From Oikopleura dioica (lineage: Eukaryota > Animalia > Chordata): a DNA stretch of 64,000 nucleotides. The notes under the pieces are model-generated. The model was given only the letters and a program-made list of their open reading frames with translations. It had not been told where the DNA came from and searched no databases. A program made the translations under genes and the position numbers. Every line of letters begins with the position of its first letter. The stretch's first letter is position 1. This document shows positions 61,020-64,000 of this stretch, one piece after another. The stretch spans positions 248,001-312,000 of the forward strand of contig OU015568.1 of NCBI GenBank assembly GCA_907165135.1. The letters run 5' to 3'.

Positions 61020-64000
61020 TCATTGAGGAGCGATGACGACGAGCAGCATCGGCAAGTGATGAACCATTTCGAGGAAGCGCGGCGCCAAGCGACGGAGAGT
61101 GTTGGTAGTGAACTCGCAAGGAGGGAAAATGTGCAAAATGTGAGAGCTGCGTCCGCCGGCGACGTTGACGATTCCGGCCGAGCGCTTCTCGGTCAAGTAC
61201 TCGATGAACTTTTTCCGCAGTGCCTCGGTTTGCAAATGTACGTCGCGTTCGTCAGTGCCGCATGGAAGGGCGACCATTGTACAGCAAGTGGAACTCTTTT
61301 CGATTTGTTCAGCCACTTTTTCCAGCTAAAAATGGGTATAAAAATCATTGATCCTCCAATCTGGGACGAGAAACCTCTGAATAAAACCTGAGTCAGATTC
61401 CTGTTTGATAATAAGCCCTCAAACCCCAGCTCAGGTTTTTACACAGGTTCCAAAACCTCGGCTTCTTTAAAAAGAAGCCGGATAACGCCTTCACCGGAAT
61501 ATAATTTCTAAACTAACCTGGTTGGGTTCAAGCCGCATTCTTTGAACAATCTTGAGCGTCCCCATTCGGTTCTGCTGTGCCTGACCAGTTGCATCTCTGT
61601 CTCGTGGCAGAAATTCCATCGGAACGTCTGCGTTTCCATGAATCAAATTAAGATGAACGGTGGCTGTGTCGTTCTTGATATTCAAATATCCTTGCCAGAG
61701 CAATTTATGACTAGTATTTCTTGTGAGTAACCTGTTTCGATTTAAGAAGAAAATTTACCGTTCAAGAAGTTGCGCACGATCGTTGACAGAAAGCGGTCTC
61801 ATAGATTGCTGCGGCTGTTGGGAAATAAAGGGTGGCATTGGTAGCCGTTGGCCCGCCTGCACATGCACTGTTTGCTCTGGAACGCGGCTGACAGGGACGC
61901 GAGAAGCTCCACCTGTCGAGTAGGAGAGAATTTGCGGCTGAGGCGGAGGCTTTTCTGCTTCTTCCGATTTCTTCTCCGTCTTAACGGGCTCTGGCTTTTG
62001 CACCGGCTGGGAAAGAATATGAGCTGGGAAATGACTTGCGATAAAGATACCTTTTGAGCAACATAACCCGAGTGCGCAGATGGTGGGAGGTTCACGAGCA
62101 CTAGAATAGAAAGTTCAAGAGGCATAAGAGGAACTTTAATTTACCTTGACGCCCTTGGCCAATGGGTTGATACATTCTAACAGTTCCAAATGACTGCGGC
62201 GCGATGAAGTTCGATACGACTTGAGCGGTCTTTTGGCCTTGCCCAACCTGCTGTGCGTTGATGACTGTGCCGGATTGCATCGCCACTGGTCGCTGGATAA
62301 TGACCTGCTGAGAGGCAGAAGAGCTTGTGGTCATTCTCGGGCCAGTAATGATCTGCGCTTGAGTAGTCAGCGGCATGTTTGGACGAAGCGTTCCCTGTGG
62401 AAGAGAAGCAGGAGTGCTTGGTGTCAAGATAACTGGCCGGGGAACCTTAAAAGGATGAGAGTCAGGGAAAATAAACGGAGAATGAGTACCATGACAGCAG
62501 TAAGTCGAGGAGAGAGGGCAGTTGGTTGAATCGTCTGAATCGTCGGCTGCTGAATGGTCATGATTCCCGTCGGCTTCTGAGTCGGATGAAGCGTCGTAGA
62601 AGCACCCGCTAATCTGATCGGCCCAGGAGTGTACCGCTTCGAAGCAGGCGGAACAATCGTCTCCAGCTAAAGAAGCAAGATATCAGGTAAATCCAGGTAA
62701 GAAAAGGGTACCTTTGAGTTGTTGGGAAGTTGAATTTGAACAGGGGTCGAAAAGCCGGAGTTGGAAGCGTTGCTGATTTCGCTGGTTCCAGAAGCAGTTG
62801 AAAGTTTTCTCTCTACTCTTTCTAACAAATCCGACTTGATAAGCTCTGACTGGCTGTGTCTTCGATCCGGGAGTGATACTGAATGATGAATATTAGTTTC
62901 TCCTGCTTTACAAGCACGATTGTAAGAGCTCAATCGCGCGCTTTCAAAATATATTCCGATTGCTCATGTTTCTGATTGCTCAAGTCTATCTACCTTTGAC
63001 GGGAGAACTAAGTTTTGGAGCAGCTTGATTTGCTCTGAAGGGAGATGTATTTCTTTCTTGAGGTTTCGCTTCAATTTTAACTTTAGGTTCATCAATGACA
63101 GGAGCAGCAGTCGTGACTGGAGCCGGTGGAGCAACAACAGATGGTTCTGGCAGTTGTTGAGGTTCAGCCTTTATTTCAGTTTTCTTGACTGGTTCCGGAG
63201 CTGCTTCAGATTTAAAAGATGGTCGACGTTCTTGTAATTTGAAACGTTTTCTAAAAAGGTTTTCGGGAAGATCAGCTGGAGCTGGACTAAACAGCGGCTC
63301 GCTCTTCTTCGTTGGAGTCTCTGGCTGAGCTGGCTTGGGGATGACAACGAGGTTTTCTTTGATTTCGGTAGCTTTTTGGTCGTCTCTGACGACTTTGGCC
63401 GGCGGTAACTTGGGCTCAAACGGCTTCTCAGGCGAGATGACAGTTTCCGCTTTCTTTTCGGCGCTTCGTAGTCTTCCTCCAGCCCCGCAAGGGCCGCGTC
63501 TAGCTCTGCGTTCCTGTCACAGTCATCCTTCGGATCCGATTTTTGATCTTCCTCGGTTTCTTTCGCCTCGTTCTTGTCTTCGAAAGAGAGGTTTTTCACC
63601 GCATCGTTGACGATCGCGTTTCCTTCGTCGTCATTTTCCGGAACGCTGGCTCTTCGATACTTGCCAGATTTTTTCTTGCTCGAGCCGGACTTTGTCTTGC
63701 GTCGCATCATATCTTCCATGCGTTCTCGAACAGACTGATTCGTCTTGTCGACTTCGTGGATGTCCAGCGGCTCAGATGATGGCTTCGGTGAGAGGATTTC
63801 ACTAGTCGGAGAGCTAGAATGTGCGGCGGATTCTTGTGAAGAAGCGGAGATCTTGCGACTTGGCGAGGCGCTTGTTTGTTTCTTTTCTTTGTGCTTTCGT
63901 TCTGCTCCTTCGACGTCAGAGCTGGTCTTACGGCTCTTTTTGCGCTCTCTGCTTCGCTCTTTCTTTTCCTTTTTGTGCTCTTTTTCGCTCTTGGTGGAGG
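61020..64000 (-). CDS. SPEN: SPEN/SHARP-like protein, 3' part with C-terminal SPOC domain
   Basis: LLERYPVLWQGYLNIKNDTATVHL, LKIVQRMRLE, LRKKFIEYLTEKRSAGIVNV, LHIFPPCEF and LLVVI, preceded by long K/E/S- and P/Q-rich regions. Runs off the window. Confidence 0.85.
61372..61460. mobile_element. Decayed MITE-A in a GT-AG SPEN intron
   Basis: AAACCTCTGAATAAAACCTGAGTCAG ... CTCAGGTTTTTACACAGGTT. Confidence 0.6.

Noticed and set aside
1-64000. rRNA, tRNA, snRNA, SL RNA or CRISPR arrays
   Set aside because: None recognised by eye; small RNAs could be missed without a covariance-model search.

Overview
AT-rich, compact eukaryotic genomic DNA with many 40-250 nt introns, a large share of which only splice in frame as GA-AG, GC-AG or GG-AG. 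This, plus the gene content, points to an appendicularian tunicate such as Oikopleura (inference). Genes: class-3 lipase; four C-type-lectin genes; a kelch-like propeller; a secreted two-repeat PLAT-like precursor; a single-pass membrane protein; coiled-coil genes; a mosaic serine protease with nine 6-Cys modules, SG sites and Thr mucin tracts; a ~5,200-aa secreted fibrocystin-L-like protein encoded mostly by one 14.6-kb exon; an SLC17-type transporter; a trypsin; an acyl-CoA dehydrogenase; and the 3' part of SPEN. Many non-autonomous DNA transposons are present (Kolobok-like TTAA, hAT, Tc1/pogo-like, piggyBac-like, and a GGCTCGG-TIR MITE). The standout signal is that copies of the GGCTCGG/CCTGAGTCAGG MITE repeatedly fill almost the whole of ORF-interrupting introns with non-canonical donors, suggesting an introner-like intron-generating element. 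All splice sites were deduced by hand from frame continuity and are not transcript-verified.
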